From assembly GCF_009914755.1 (NCBI RefSeq), contig NC_060925.1: a stretch of 64,000 nucleotides of DNA. One strand, 5' to 3'. A program made the position numbers and the translations under genes. Within the stretch, counting starts at the first letter, position 1; each line of letters starts with the position of its first letter. The notes beneath the pieces are model-generated. The model did no database searches and had not been told where the DNA came from. It saw only the letters and a list, made by a program, of their open reading frames with translations. The stretch is from the human T2T-CHM13v2.0 reference genome, Homo sapiens. Positions 44,243-58,809 of this stretch are shown one piece after another.

Positions 44243-44578
44243 GTATTATGGGTTGAATTGTGTTTCCCAAAAATTCATATGATGAAGTCCTAACCCCCAG
44301 CACCTCAGAATGTGACTGTATTTGGAGATAGGGTCTTCAGATAATTAAGGTAAAATGAGGTCCATGAGTGGACCTAATCCAACCTGACTGGTATTCTTAC
44401 AAGAAGAGGAGATTAGGACACAGACACACACAGAGAGAAGATCATGTGGGGACATAAGAAGATGGCCATCTACAAGCCGAGGAGAGGGGCCTCAGAAGAA
44501 ACCAATGCTGCTAACATCTTGCTATCAGTTACCTAGCCCCCAGAACTGTGAGACAGTACATTCTGTTTTTTAAACCAC
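44243..44578 (+). mobile_element. MLT1B/MLT1A0-like LTR
   Basis: tatgggttgaattgtgt...gaagtcctaacccccagcacctcagaatgtgactgtatttggagatagggtc...ccagaactgtgag. Confidence 0.82.
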
Positions 44579-44978
44579 AGAAGACACGTATTGCATGACT
44601 ATTTTTTTTAAGTCCAGAATAGGCAAATCTGTAGAGATAGAACATAGATAAGTGATTGCATAGGGCTTATAAGTTGGAGGTAATTGGAAAGTGACTGCCA
44701 GTGGGTATCAGGTTTCATTTTGGGGTAATGAAAATGTTTGAAAATTGACTGTTGTGATGGTTGCCCAACTCTATAAATATACTACAAAACATTGCACTAT
44801 ACAAATTAAATGTGTGCATTGTATGATGTGAATTAAATTCCAGTAAGCCTGTTTTTAAAGACTCAAAGAAAATTAAAGAATGACTGAAAACTTTCCAAGT
44901 TTGATGAAAATTATAATGCTACAAATCCAAGAATCTCAAAAAACCTTAAGCACAAGAAAGGTTAAGAACATGACCCCA

Positions 44979-45300
44979 CGCCGGGTGCGGTGGCTCATGC
45001 CTGTAATCCCAGCACTTTGGGAGGCTGAGGCGGGTGAGCCACTTGAGGTCAGAAGTTCGAGACCAGCCTGACCAACATGGAGAAACCCTGTCTCTACTAA
45101 AAATACAAAATTAGCCAGGTGTGGTGGCACATGCCTGTAATCCCAGCTACTTGGGAGGCTGCCGCAGGAGAATTGCTTGAACCGGGAGGCAGAGGTTGTG
45201 GTGAGCCAAGACTGTGCTATTGCACTCCAGCCTGGGTGACAGAGCAAGACTCCAACAAAACAAAAACAAAAACAAAAACAAAAAAAGAAACAAAAACAAA
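44979..45300 (+). mobile_element. AluSp-like SINE
   Basis: Dimeric Alu with (CAAAAA)n tail; TSD acatgacccca. Confidence 0.92.
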
Positions 45301-45515
45301 AACACATGACCCCAAAGCGCAACATCATCAAATTGCTTAAAATTAGTGATTTGGGTCCTCTGGAATTAAAAGAAAAGAGAGAGAGAAACTAGTGATAAGA
45401 AGAAAGCAGTCAGAGGGAGTTGGGGAATGACGTTGTTTACGGAAGGATGACAACAGATTTCTTCTCAGAAAAAATGTAAACCAGAAGACAGTGGTACTAC
45501 ATTTTTGAAGTTTAA

Positions 45516-45721
45516 GTGCTGCTTGACTTATGATGGGGTTATGTTCCAAAAAACTCATCATAAATTGAAAATATCATGTCTAAAATACACTTTCAACTTA
45601 CATTTTTGATTTATGATGTGTTTATCTAGACATAATTCCATCATTAGTCAAGGAATGTACTGAATGTGTTTCACTTTTACACCATCATAAAATTAAAAAG
45701 TCGTAAGTCAGGGAAAATCTG
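45516..45721. mobile_element. Tigger4/MER46-like DNA transposon remnant
   Basis: gacttatgatggggttatg...cgtaagtcaggg..aatctg followed by TA. Confidence 0.6.
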
Positions 45722-46834
45722 TACTGCAAGAAAAACACTGTTAACCTAGATATCTTTGCCTAGTGAAAATATCTTTCAGAAATGAAGATGAGATAAAGGC
45801 TTTTCATACCAACAAAAGTGGAAAGAATTCATCATAAGAAGACTTGAGTGAGAAGAAATGCTAAGAAAGCTCTTCAAGTAGAAGAAAATGATACCAGATG
45901 GAAATCTGGATCTCCACAAAGGAACAAAAAGTATTGAGAATGGGAACTATCCTATGTGGGTAAATATGAGGGTTTTTAAAATTATTTAAATCTCTTTAAA
46001 GTGTTTCTCAGTCTTTTTAATTTTATTCTCTGACGAAGCATTTTTAGACCTTTTTCCCCAACCAAATTCTCCCCACCTTCTGCATAAAATTTTAATACCA
46101 CAGATATACCATGTATTTGTTTATGTTCTGTGGCCTTTTGGGGAAATACAAGCCATTGTAATATTGAACATTTTTTTCAGTCTCCAAGAACTTTATTTTT
46201 ATTTTTTTGCCCCTTGGTGGGTAGGAGTGGGCAATATAACCCCATTGAGAATGCAGGCTTTAAAGCAGAATTGGTTGTTTAAAGAGAAAATGACAAATTA
46301 TTGTGTGTTTTATGACATATGTGGAAGTAAAGTATATGGCAACAATAGCACAAAGCTGAGAGAAGAAGAATTGAAGTATGTTCTTATACTATTTGTGAAG
46401 TGATGTAATATCACTTGAAGGTAGACTGTGATAACATAAGATGTATAGTATAAACCCTAAAACAAACACTAAAATAACACAAGAGGAGGTATTGCTAATA
46501 CAACAACAAAGGGGGTAAAATTAAATAATAAAAAACCTGAATCCAAAAGAAGGAATAAAAAGAGTAAAGGGAGCAAAGAACAGATGGGACATAGAGAAAA
46601 TGAGTAGCTATATGGCAGATTTAAATCTAACCATATCAATAATTATATTAAATATAAATGGTATAAATACCCCAATTCAAATGCAGAGATTGTCAGATTG
46701 GACTAAAGAACAATACTTTGCCATATGCTGCCAACAAGGAACCCACTTTAAGTATAAGAAACAGCTTAGTTAAAACAAACAAACCACTATTGCCATCTAT
46801 CAAGAATCCCTTCATATTATTTTATTTATTAATT

Positions 46835-47439
<605 letters not shown>

Positions 47440-47479
47440 TGTTCTTACTTTTAAATCTTGTACTATGTACATCTTTCTG

Positions 47480-48793
47480 AGCTTCATCAAGTCCTTTCTG
47501 GAATGAGGCAAGATTTATGAGTGATACTTCAGATGAAACATAATAGATTTAAACACTTATTTCAGAAAGGAATAAAGACTTACGTGTCAATATGAAAAAA
47601 TGAAGGAAGATAAAGCAATAGATTAAATCAAAAGAATGTAGGAGAGAAAACATAAAAATAAGAGCAAACACTGATTTTTTAAAAAACAACACATCCTAGA
47701 ACAAAGCCCAAATTTGGTCTTTAAAAGAGACTGATAAAATAGTCAGCTATCTGGTGAGATTGGTAAAGAAAAAAATGGTAATATTGAGGTGAGAAAAAGG
47801 GATATAACTATAGATACAACCAAAATTAAAAGAAGATAAGAAAATACTGTGAACAGCTTTATGGTGATAAATTTGGAAACTTAGACAAAATGGATAAATT
47901 CTTAGAAAAATATGACCTATAGGGAAACTGTCTCAAAAACAGAAATAGTAAGACTGACTAGCTCAATATATATATAAGGAAAATAAATGAAAGTAGTAGT
48001 TAAAATTTTTTACCCAAATAAAACACCGTGCCCAGATGATTTTTACAGGTAAGTTCTAAAAAGCTTTCAAGGAACACATTGTTCTAATCTTAGACTTAGT
48101 TTTCTAGAGCATAATAAAAGATCAAATATTCTCCAACTCATTCTATTAGCTTAATTTAGTCTTGATGGCAAAATCAGGCAAGCCCAGCAGAAGAAAAGAA
48201 AAAATCTAATTGCAACTTTAGCAAAGATGAAATTCTAAACCAGTGATAGAAAATAGAATCCAGTCATAAATGTAATAAAAGGTACTGTATCATAATCAAT
48301 CTAGATTTATTCCAGTAATGAAAGAATAGTTTAATATTAGTGTGATGGCTAATACTGAGTGTCAACTTGATTGGATTGAAGGATACAAAGTATTGATCCT
48401 GGATGTGTCTGTGAGGGTGTTGCCAAAGGAGATTGACATTTGAGTCAGTGGAGTGGGAAAGGCAGACCCACCCTTGGGTGGGCACAGTCCAATCAGCTGC
48501 CGGCATGGCTAGAATATAAGCAGGCAGAAAAATGTGAAAAGAGAGAGACTGGCGTAGCCTCCCAGCCTACATCTTTCTCCCGTGCTGGATGCTTCCTGCC
48601 CTCGAACACTGGACTCCAAATTCTTCAGTTTTGGAACTCAGACTGGCTCTCCTTGCTCCTTAGCCTGCGGTGGCCTACTGTGGGACCTTGTGATTGTGTG
48701 AGTTAACAATCCTTGATAAACTCCCCTTTTATATATACCTATTCCATTAGTTCTGTCCCTCTAGAAAACCCTAATACAATTAGGAAAGCACAT

Positions 48794-48832
<39 letters not shown>

Positions 48833-48990
48833 CTTTATAAAATTAAGAGATGAAAGGGGAAAAATGATATGATCATATTAATAGATACAGAAAAATTAAA
48901 TAATGCTTTTTAATGATAAAAATATAGAAAACTAAGAATATTAAAGAATATCCTTGATCTGATAAAAGCTATCTATTAAAAAGCCACATA
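47480..48990 (+). mobile_element. Degenerate L1 ORF2 fragment interrupted by an MLT2A LTR and (CA)n (48797-48830)
   Basis: ataaatttggaaacttagacaaaatggataaattcttagaaaaa; cccagatgattttt.caggt; tctccaactcattctat. Confidence 0.75.
48341..48778 (+). mobile_element. MLT2A1/MLT2A2 (HERV-L) solo LTR
   Basis: tgtgatggctaatactgagtgtcaacttgattggattgaaggatacaaagtattgatcctgg...ctaataca; perfect 5-bp TSD attag at 48336 and 48779. Confidence 0.9.
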
Positions 48991-50534
48991 AAACACCAAT
49001 CTTTTTTTTTTTCGATTCAGGAGGTACATATGCAAGTTTGTTACATGAGTATATTGTGTGATGCTGAAGTTGGGCTTCTATTGATCCTACCACCCACATT
49101 GTGAATATAGTACCCGATAGGTAGTTTTTCAACCCTTGCTCGTTCCCTCCCTCCCCTCTTTTGGAGTCCCTAGTGTCTGTTGTTCCAATCTTGCCCAAAA
49201 CATCCATCTTAATGAACAACCTAATAAACATTCTCATTAAAAGAAAAGTCAAGTTACTTAAACATTGAATTGGTCCTATCCAGTGCAGTTAGACAAGAAA
49301 AATATTTAAGTCATAACCTATGCTTCTAACTAGGACAAATTAGGTTACAGTGAACTGAAGCTTTCCTACAAAACAACTAGAAAGATTGTTTTTTGAAAAA
49401 ACTGAAAGCATCACAAACTATCTGAGGCAAACAGACCCTATCAGCCACGATCCCTAGAGAAGAACACCACAGTGAGGAAAGCCAACCTCATGCTGTCTTT
49501 TTTCCCTCCAAGTATTTGCCAGTTGTTGGTCATGGGAGGCGGGAAGATGAGATTCTGGGCAGAAGGCCTAGGCAGAAAGCTGCTGCTAAGAAGAGAGATG
49601 CCTGCTGAAATGTTGGCAATCTTAAAGGACTAGAAAGACAGAAATTGGAGTTTAGGGCTAATAAGTCTTTGGAATTTGGAGTGGAAGGGAGCAGAAATCC
49701 TGGTCACAAGGGAGGCACAGCACATTTTTGCCCAACAAACCGCTCTTTGTCTTTCTAGGGATTTGTTGACTTTTTGAATTCTTAAACTGCTTTTGAAGCA
49801 AAGCAGAAAACTCCCAATGGGTAAAGCAGAGTTTTCTTCCTTCTCACAGTGCTGGGGATGCCAGAGTTGGAATTCAAGACCCAGGGAGAAGGGCTTCAGT
49901 CAGCACTCCAGTACCTCAGCTGGGAATCCTGGAGGCTATACCCTATGTATGGGGAAAATGAGAGGTAGATGGAAACTAAAAAACAAACAAACAAACCAGT
50001 CCCTGATTAGTTGTGACTTTATCTGCCTACCAGAAAATAGGACTAGCCCTCTCTGGAAGATGATAGCATTATCCAGAACCTCATACACAAAATTTACCCA
50101 GGACACTCATGAAGAGGAGGAAGAAAAGACAACATAAACAGACATACAGGTCACCTACTTATTGGAGTTAACAGATGGATGTTCAAATCTGTATTATTCT
50201 TATATTCAAGAGAATGAATGACAAAGAGTAGAATTCCACTGGAGAACTAGTTAACCAAGGCTAGATGGCTTCATTGAAAGACTTTGTCAAGCATGAATAA
50301 AGCCACTATAAATATTCTTGCACAAGTCTCTTTGTGAATACATTTTTATTCCTTTAGGTAAACGCCTAGCGGAGGAATTGCTGGGTCATACATAGGGTAG
50401 GAGTATTATAACCTTATAAGAAACTGTCAAATGGTTTCCAAAATGGTTTCACCCATTTATATTCCCACAGACTTTATTCATAATAACCAATCCTGAGGGA
50501 AAATCTATAATGTTCGTCAAAAGAAGGAAATCCT

Positions 50535-50809
50535 GGCTGTGCCTATAATCACAGCATTCTGGGAGGCCAAGGCAGGAGGATCACTTGAGCCCGGGAGTTC
50601 AAGACCAGCCTGTGCAACATAGTGAGATATCGTCTCTACAATTTTTTTTTTAATTAGCGGGGTGTGTTGACACACACCTGTGGTCCCAGCTACATGGAAG
50701 GCTGAGGTGGAGGATTGCTTGAGCGCAGGAGGTCAAGGCTGCAGTGGTTTATGACCACACCAGTCCACTCCAGCCTGGGTGACAGAGCAAGACCCAGTCT
50801 CAAAAGAAA
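50535..50809 (+). mobile_element. AluJ SINE (5'-trimmed)
   Basis: TSD aaagaaggaaatcct on both sides. Confidence 0.88.
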
Positions 50810-50922
50810 AAAGAAGGAAATCCTGTCATTCATGACATCATGGATGAAACTTCAGGGCATTATTCTAAGTGAAATAAGCCAGTCATAGAAAGACAAATAC
50901 TGCATGATCTCACTTAGATGTG

Positions 50923-51295
50923 TGATATGGTCTGGCTCTGTGTTCCCACCCAAATCTCACCTTGAGTTGTAATTCCCATGTGCTGGGGGAGGGACCTCAT
51001 GGGAGGTGATTGAACCATGGGGCGGTTCCCCTGTGCTGTTCTCATGATAGTGAGTGAGTTCTCATGAAATCTGATGATTTTGTGAGGGGCTTTTCCCCCC
51101 TTCGATCTGCACTTCTCTTGGTCTTCTCCTTCTTGCTGCCATGTGAAGAAAGACATGTTTGCTTCCCCTTCTGCCATGATTGTAAGTTTTCTGAGGCCAA
51201 GCCCTGGGGAACTGTGAGTCAATTAAACCTCTTTCCTATATAAATTACCCAGTCTCGGGTATTTCTTCATAGCTGCGTGAGAACAGACTAATACA
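50923..51295 (+). mobile_element. THE1C/D-like (MaLR) solo LTR inserted in an L1M 3' fragment (~50815-51545)
   Basis: tgatatggtctggctctgtg..cccacccaaatctcacc...gactaataca; perfect TSD atgtg at 50918 and 51296. Confidence 0.88.
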
Positions 51296-51779
51296 ATGTG
51301 GAATCTAAAAGAGTCAAGTACACAGAAGCAGAGAGTAGCATGGTGGTTGCCAGAGGCTGCAGGGAGGAGGAAATGGGGAGCATTTGACAGGTGGAGCTCC
51401 AGTTAAGCAGGATGACTGTGCTCTAGAGATCTGCTGTATAATGTAATGACTATATTTAGCCATACTACATTGTACACTCAACAGTTTGTTAAGAGGGTAG
51501 ATAAAAAATTTGTTAAGAGGGTAGATCTCATGATAAGTCTTCTTACCACAAAAACAAAAACAAAACCAATGTCCATTGACAGGAAAATGGGTAAACAATT
51601 CATGGAATATTCATACCCTGGAATACTATTCAGCAGTAAAAGGAATGAAACAACTGATCTAGACCCAACAGTATGAACAAATGTCAAACTCACTCTGTTG
51701 GGCAAAAGAGCCCAAATGTAGAAGAACACATAATTTCATGATTTCATTCATATGAAGTACAAGAATAGGCTGAAATAAA

Positions 51780-52075
51780 GTCAGATGCAGTGACTTACGC
51801 CTGTAATCTCAGCACTTTGGGAGGCCAAGGTAGGGGAATTGCTTGAGGCCAGAAGTTCAAGACCAGCCAGAGCAACATAGTGAGACCCTGCCTCTACAAA
51901 AGTTGAAAAAATAACCAGGCATGGTGGTGTGTGCCTATAATTCTAGCTACTCTGAAGGCTGAGGCAGGAGGATTACTTGAGGCCAGGAGTTCAAGGCTGC
52001 AGTGAGCCATGATTGTGCCACTGTACTCCAACCTGGGTGACAGAGCTAGACCCTGTCTCTAAGAAAAAAAAAAAG
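51780..52075 (+). mobile_element. AluJ SINE
   Basis: Dimeric J-type Alu; aagaataggctgaa repeated on both flanks. Confidence 0.88.
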
Positions 52076-54091
52076 AAGAATAGGCTGAAGTGTTCTACAG
52101 TGATAGACTTCAGAACGGTTATCTGTGGGAGTTGGGGACTGACTGGAAGAGGACATAAGAGCAATTTTGGGGATAATAGAAATGTTCCATGTATCTTGGT
52201 TGCAGTAATAATTCTATGAGGTATATATTTATCAAACCTCAATGAATTGTACACCTAAGATATCTGCATTGCACTTTATGCAAATTTAACCTCAAGAAGA
52301 AAAATAATTTCAACAATATCGAACTCTAGTTAATAGGCTTGCTTTTCTCAGTGGCTTGGCTTAGCAATTCTAAAACTATTGTAGATATTTCTCTCTGTTG
52401 GAGGAAGTAGTTACAAACATGGAAAGGAGAAAAGACCATTGCCAAAGCCAGCATTCTCTGGTATTTCTTTAATCCGAATTTCTTAAAAAATTCTAGAATT
52501 TGGAAACATTTTGGACAAATGGGAATTCATTGTAAAAATAGATTAGAATCTTAATACTTACATCTTTGATATGTCAGTTCTCACTTAACATTAATTTCAA
52601 GACCATATCCTAGATGTCTAATAGATTTTGCTTTACGTTGGAGTTTCCAAAGAATGCCTTTTAGAAATCCTTTCCTATAAAAAGAAACAGTGGTTTTTCA
52701 AAATATGTACATAGAACAAAAGGACTTCCCTGTCAAAATAGGCAGGGTCCTCGGTGAGACCTAAATATTCTGCTGTTTCTACTTTAAGCCTCTTAGCTGC
52801 GTTTCTGTTTCTATAGAGCAAGAGCAGATCCCAGAAAAGTAATTTTTCTTCCTTTGTTGAAACTTCTTTATCTGGCAGAAAATGGTAACTCATCAAACCT
52901 GCAGCAGAAGGCAACTTTTCAACTCTCAGTCAATTTGATCAACATTCAGCATCCATCAAATGAAGGATTGGGAGTGATAACCTTAAAAAATCCTGCTAGG
53001 CTGCTGGTTATTGATTCTCTGTTCAGCCTGATGGATGAAGATGCAAAGGCAACAAGTGAAAGTGCAAACCTGGCTGCCGGCCTCCTTCATACCACGTTAG
53101 GTTAGGCAGGACTTGTGTCTGAAAAGCACCATTGTTAGTTTTACCAAAAATGCACTGCTGTCATCACGACCAATCAGAATGTCACCCTAGCTGGAGATCT
53201 GCTCCTCCTGGCCTTTCCTTGGGATTTTCAGAAAAGCTCAGAAAACAATTTACAATAAAACTTAATTACTTTTAGCCTGGCTGTTTGCGATCCACTATGA
53301 TTGGAACTATTTTGGGGATGACGTGTGCAATTTATGCTAAGAAGAAAACACTAGGTGTGATAGTAGTATGAAGGAACTTGTAGGAAGGGTTTAATTTATT
53401 GTAGAGATTAAGTTCTTTTTGAGGTCTTTAGAAGCATTGATTCATATTAAAATAATAAATGTGCTAATTATAGTTGAATCGTTTCAACTCATTAAGCCAG
53501 TACCGCAAGACCTCTCATTAGCCATGCGACATGAGTGGTTAAGAATGATTATGGGTGGTGTCCAAGGACTCCAATAGTCAATCAGCTGGTGCACGGCTGG
53601 GCTAACCTTGAATAACATCACAAAGCAATAGATCCTTCTGGCAGCGTCCTTCTCCCTAAATCCCGCCCCCAGCCCCATAAGTGTTCAATGCCCTTAGGTT
53701 TTCTGCCTCTTAACACCTCTGAGAGGTTTCCCTGGCCAGTTGCCTTAAGAAGGATCAAGTTAATGAGCTGTGCTTTATGACGGCACTTGCACCATCCTGT
53801 TATAATAATTTATTTAGATTTCTATCCCTACTAGACTGTAAATTCTAGTCAATAATTTTTATTGAATTAATGTATAAAGAATGCTATAAATAACTTATAC
53901 TAGTTTATCTAATTCAAAGTCATTAAAATTTAATAAACTAGATTGGAAGTTCCTGGTAGACAGAGTAAGTATTATTTAAGTTGCAGCCCTGGGATATAAG
54001 ACAATATCTGACACAAAATGGTCACTTAACAAATAGTAAAGAAACAATGGTGATGGTCTCTTACCTGCAAAGGAGCAAGCTTTATGGGAGA

Positions 54092-54225
54092 TTTTTTTTT
54101 TTTTTTTTTTTTTAAGAGATGGAGTCTTGCCGTGCTGCTTAGACTGGACTTGAACTCCTGGGCTCAAGCAATCTTCCCACCTCAGCCTCCTGAGTAGCTG
54201 GGACTCCAGGTGCATGCCACTGCAC
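54092..54225 (-). mobile_element. FLAM-like Alu monomer
   Basis: poly(T) followed by a single reverse left-arm monomer. Confidence 0.8.
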
Positions 54226-55486
54226 CTTTATGAGAGAATTCTGACCTTAGAGGGGGTAGACTATTAGATGGGCATCTTTCCAGTTGCCGTGGGGTTGTGG
54301 CCTCTCACTGGGAGCTCCAAAAGGGGAAACAGTCGTGTGAGTGACCCCCTTTAACTCAGACCTAGCAGAGCCATGGCAAACAGCTGGACGACAGTAGTGA
54401 GTCTCCTGTCACTGGAAGTGTCCAAGGAAAGTCAGGTTGCATCAAAGTTGCTGGACCAGGGTCCCTTTTTGAGTGGATTACATGAGCTCCGTGGTTCTGT
54501 GGATGGGGCACTTATTTACTCCTTCATTCACAGAGTGACAAAAGTGAACTGTCATTGTCATCTGTCCATGGCTCAGCATTACCAAAGAAGCAATGAGAAC
54601 ATTTTCCAACGCAGAGCGTGAAATGCTTGTTGCAGCTAGCTGGAATGCTCAAGCACACAAATCAATTTCCATGTTAATTAGTATCTGCTGTACACCGTGA
54701 AAATGGAAAGAGCCACAAAACCAAAGTTACATAACTAACTTCCAGCTGCAGCCTGTGTCACCTGAAAATCCTTTTAGTAACTTTGTTCTGAGGATATCTT
54801 GCCTGTCTGAGAAACTGTGAACAAACAGATTCAGGTAAACAATAAGAAAAGATTTTGAAATCTCTCTTCCTGTAAGAGGATGTAATTTGGCTGCATGTTG
54901 TATATTTACTTGAGCTGATTGAAAGAGGAAAAAAGAAACTCATCTGGTACCATGCAAATCAGCTCATGAAACATCCAGAGGGTGTGATATTTTTACAAAA
55001 CAGTCCAGCCAGTTTACACTGTTGATTTAGGAAAAAATACATTCTTTCACCTTCATTCTAAGTTAAAGGTTTGTTTTGAAAATGGAAGGAAACTCATGCT
55101 TCACTCATGCTCCTGTCCAGCATTGACATGGAGGCAGTGGAAAAAAGAAAGAAAGGAAGAGGTGATGAAGGTACCTTTAAAGATGTGATGCTGATCATGA
55201 GGGCGCCGCGGGGAAGAGAGTCTGCTTCCCTCTGTCTCAACCCTCTCTCAGCTTCTTACCACTTCATCCTCTGCCAGTAGGGACAACATCTTCCCCAAAA
55301 CCTTTTTAAGTAGGAGGTTTGAGCAAAGGATAACTTAGGCACACATCTGGAGGACTGTGGGGAGTGGTGTGTGTGTGCACTGAGAATAACCACGTAAACT
55401 CTAAGGATTTTCCAAGTTCTAACATTTTTATTTCATCAGAGAGAGAAGATTTTCTTAAACGACTGTGAGGACACCATAGAGGTATG

Positions 55487-55838
55487 AGATATGGTTTGGC
55501 TGTGTCCCCACCCAAATCTCATCTTGATTTAATTCCCACATGTTGTGGGAGGGACCCAGTGGGAGATAATTGAATCATGAGGGCTGCTTCCCGTATACTG
55601 TTCTTGTGGTAGTGAATAAGTCTCACAGGATCTGATGGTTTTATAAGTGGTTTCTGCTTTGGCTTGGCTCTCATTCTTTCTCGTCCATTACCACGTAAGA
55701 CATGCCTTTCACCTTCTGCCATGATTGTGAGACCTTCCCAGCCACGTGAAACTGCGAGTCCATTAAACTTCTTTTTTCTTTATAAATTACCCAGTCTTGA
55801 AAATGTCTTTATCAGCAGTATGAAAACGGACTAATACA
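55487..55838 (+). mobile_element. THE1B-like (MaLR) solo LTR
   Basis: gatatggtttggctgtgtccccacccaaatctcatcttg...gggagataattgaatcatg...aaaacggactaataca. Confidence 0.9.
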
Positions 55839-56010
55839 GAAGGCGGGAGGAGGTGACAGGTGTGCACTCCTGTGCTGGACAGGGGGAGAAATATGTGCAT
55901 GTGGATGAGAGTGAGTAAGCATGAAGGAAAACAAAATAACAAAGAGAAATGCGTGATGATGGTTGGGGAACTTGTGGAGACTGAGAAGATAAAGGAGAGG
56001 ACTGGATGTA

Positions 56011-56744
<734 letters not shown>

Positions 56745-57150
56745 TCCATAGGAAGAACTTTCATATTTGGAATTGTCTCACTTGATTACGGAGATTGAGA
56801 AGTCCCATGATCTGCCACCTGCAAGCTGGAGAAGCAGGGGAGTGGGTGGATAATTCAGCCCAAGTCCAGAGACCAGGGCAGGGGCACTGAGGGCAGGAGA
56901 AGATCTATGCCCTGGTACTCAGGCTGGAAGGAAAAGGGGTGAATTCCTCTTTCCTCCATCTTTTTGTTCTATCCAGGCTCTCAAGGGATTGGATGGTGTC
57001 CACTCATATGGGGGAGGGCCATCTCCTTTACTGAGCCCACTAAATCAAATGCTAATCTCATCTAGAAACACCCTCACAGACATCCAGAAACAATGTTTAA
57101 TCTGGGCACCCTGTAGTGCAGTCAAGTTGATATGTAAATTTAACCATCAC
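56745..57150 (-). mobile_element. MLT2-family LTR remnant
   Basis: gagaagtcccatgatctgcca.ctgcaagctggaga...tcaaatgctaatctc...gtcaagttga...ttaaccatcac. Confidence 0.7.
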
Positions 57151-57725
57151 ACCCTCCAACTTGATTCAGGTCTCTACTCAAATGTCATCTCAGACATTAC
57201 CTACCAACCCCTAAAAGGGCAACTCCTCTCTCTGCCTGCTCAGTCACAGTCTAGCTCCCTAATATGCCTTCTTCATAACACGTCACTACCCGATACTATG
57301 TTATGTGTTGAATGATTGTCTGCCTCCTTTACTACAGAGGCAGGTCCATGAGGCAAAGACTGTTTTGTTAATAGCTGTCTCCAACACCTAATGTCCAGTG
57401 CATAATCAGAGTTCAATAAATATTTGTTGAATGAATATATAATTGAATGGTTGTCATGTGTACATATTTGCTCCCCTTCCTCTCAGTTTTTGTGTCTGAA
57501 CCTCCTTCCCTGCCTCACACGGTGCCTAGCATTTGGGAAGTGACAAAGTGCCTAGAAAGAAAAGCAGCTGTCCTCTTCCTTGCTCCTTTTATCTTCCAGC
57601 CACTGAGAGATTAACTTTTAACTCTCTAGTAGTTACTCCAGGACTACTTAAGTAATGATTGTGTCATGACCGAAGTTGGCTGCCTTTATTCTTATGAAAT
57701 GGGTATGAATGATGGGTATACCGTT

Positions 57726-58322
57726 TGTAAACAAAAAATAAAATTTGAAACCCCTCAACCATCAGAATAGACCCCTCCTCTTGGCCAAGGACATTCCAAA
57801 GTGAACCTGAAAAACTAGTTCGGGTCATAATGGGAAGGGGAGATCGGACATGCCTCATAACCATTAACACCAACGCAGACCTTAAGACTGGTAGAATAAA
57901 CTCTTTAAGTCTGACAAGAAACATCTACAATCTGTTCTCTCTGAAGCCGGCTACCTGGAGGCTTCATCTGCATGATTAAACCTTGGTCTCCACAAGCCCT
58001 TATCATAACCCAGACATTCCTTTATATTGATTCCAGTCTTTAGATAATAACCAACTGTCAATCAGAAAGTCTTTGAATCTGCCTATGACCTGGAAGTCTC
58101 TGCTTCCAGTTGTCCTGCCTTTCTAGAGCGAACCAATATATACCTTACATGTATTGGTTGATGTCTTATGTCTCTCTAAACTATATAAAGCCAAGTCATA
58201 GGCTGACCATCTTGGGCACATGTTGTCAGCACCTCGAGAGCCTATATCATGGGCATGTCTTTAACCTTGGCAAAATAAACACCTAAATCAATTGAGATGT
58301 CTCAGATACTTTTTGATTTACA
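57726..58322 (+). mobile_element. MER4-family (ERV1) solo LTR
   Basis: tgtaaac.aaaaataaaatt start, TATA-like tatataaag (~58183), AATAAA (~58274), ...tttaca end. Confidence 0.8.
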
Positions 58323-58487
58323 AGTTCTTGGAGCTCCTTCCAGGAAAACATCATTATTAATAGTTGTGATTCCTAGGCTGCTTAAGATGGGAAGCCATCT
58401 GTAAGTCCTACTGTTTACTTTTGTTTCATGTCCAAAGAACTGTTATGTTTGTTTATTTACAATAAAAAACTCACCTCCTCAACCTGA

Positions 58488-58809
<322 letters not shown>

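Larger units (their letters stand above)
44870..46815 (+). mobile_element. Ancient L1 ORF1 to ORF2-start remnant, fragmented by an Alu and DNA transposons
   Basis: aatgactgaaaactttccaagtttgatgaaa; aaatatctttcagaaatgaag; ccatatcaataattatattaaatataaatgg...gcagagattgtcagattgg. Confidence 0.7.

Noticed and set aside
51485-51526. 18-bp direct repeat tttgttaagagggtagat
   Set aside because: Simple slippage duplication inside an L1 3' fragment; no sign of function.
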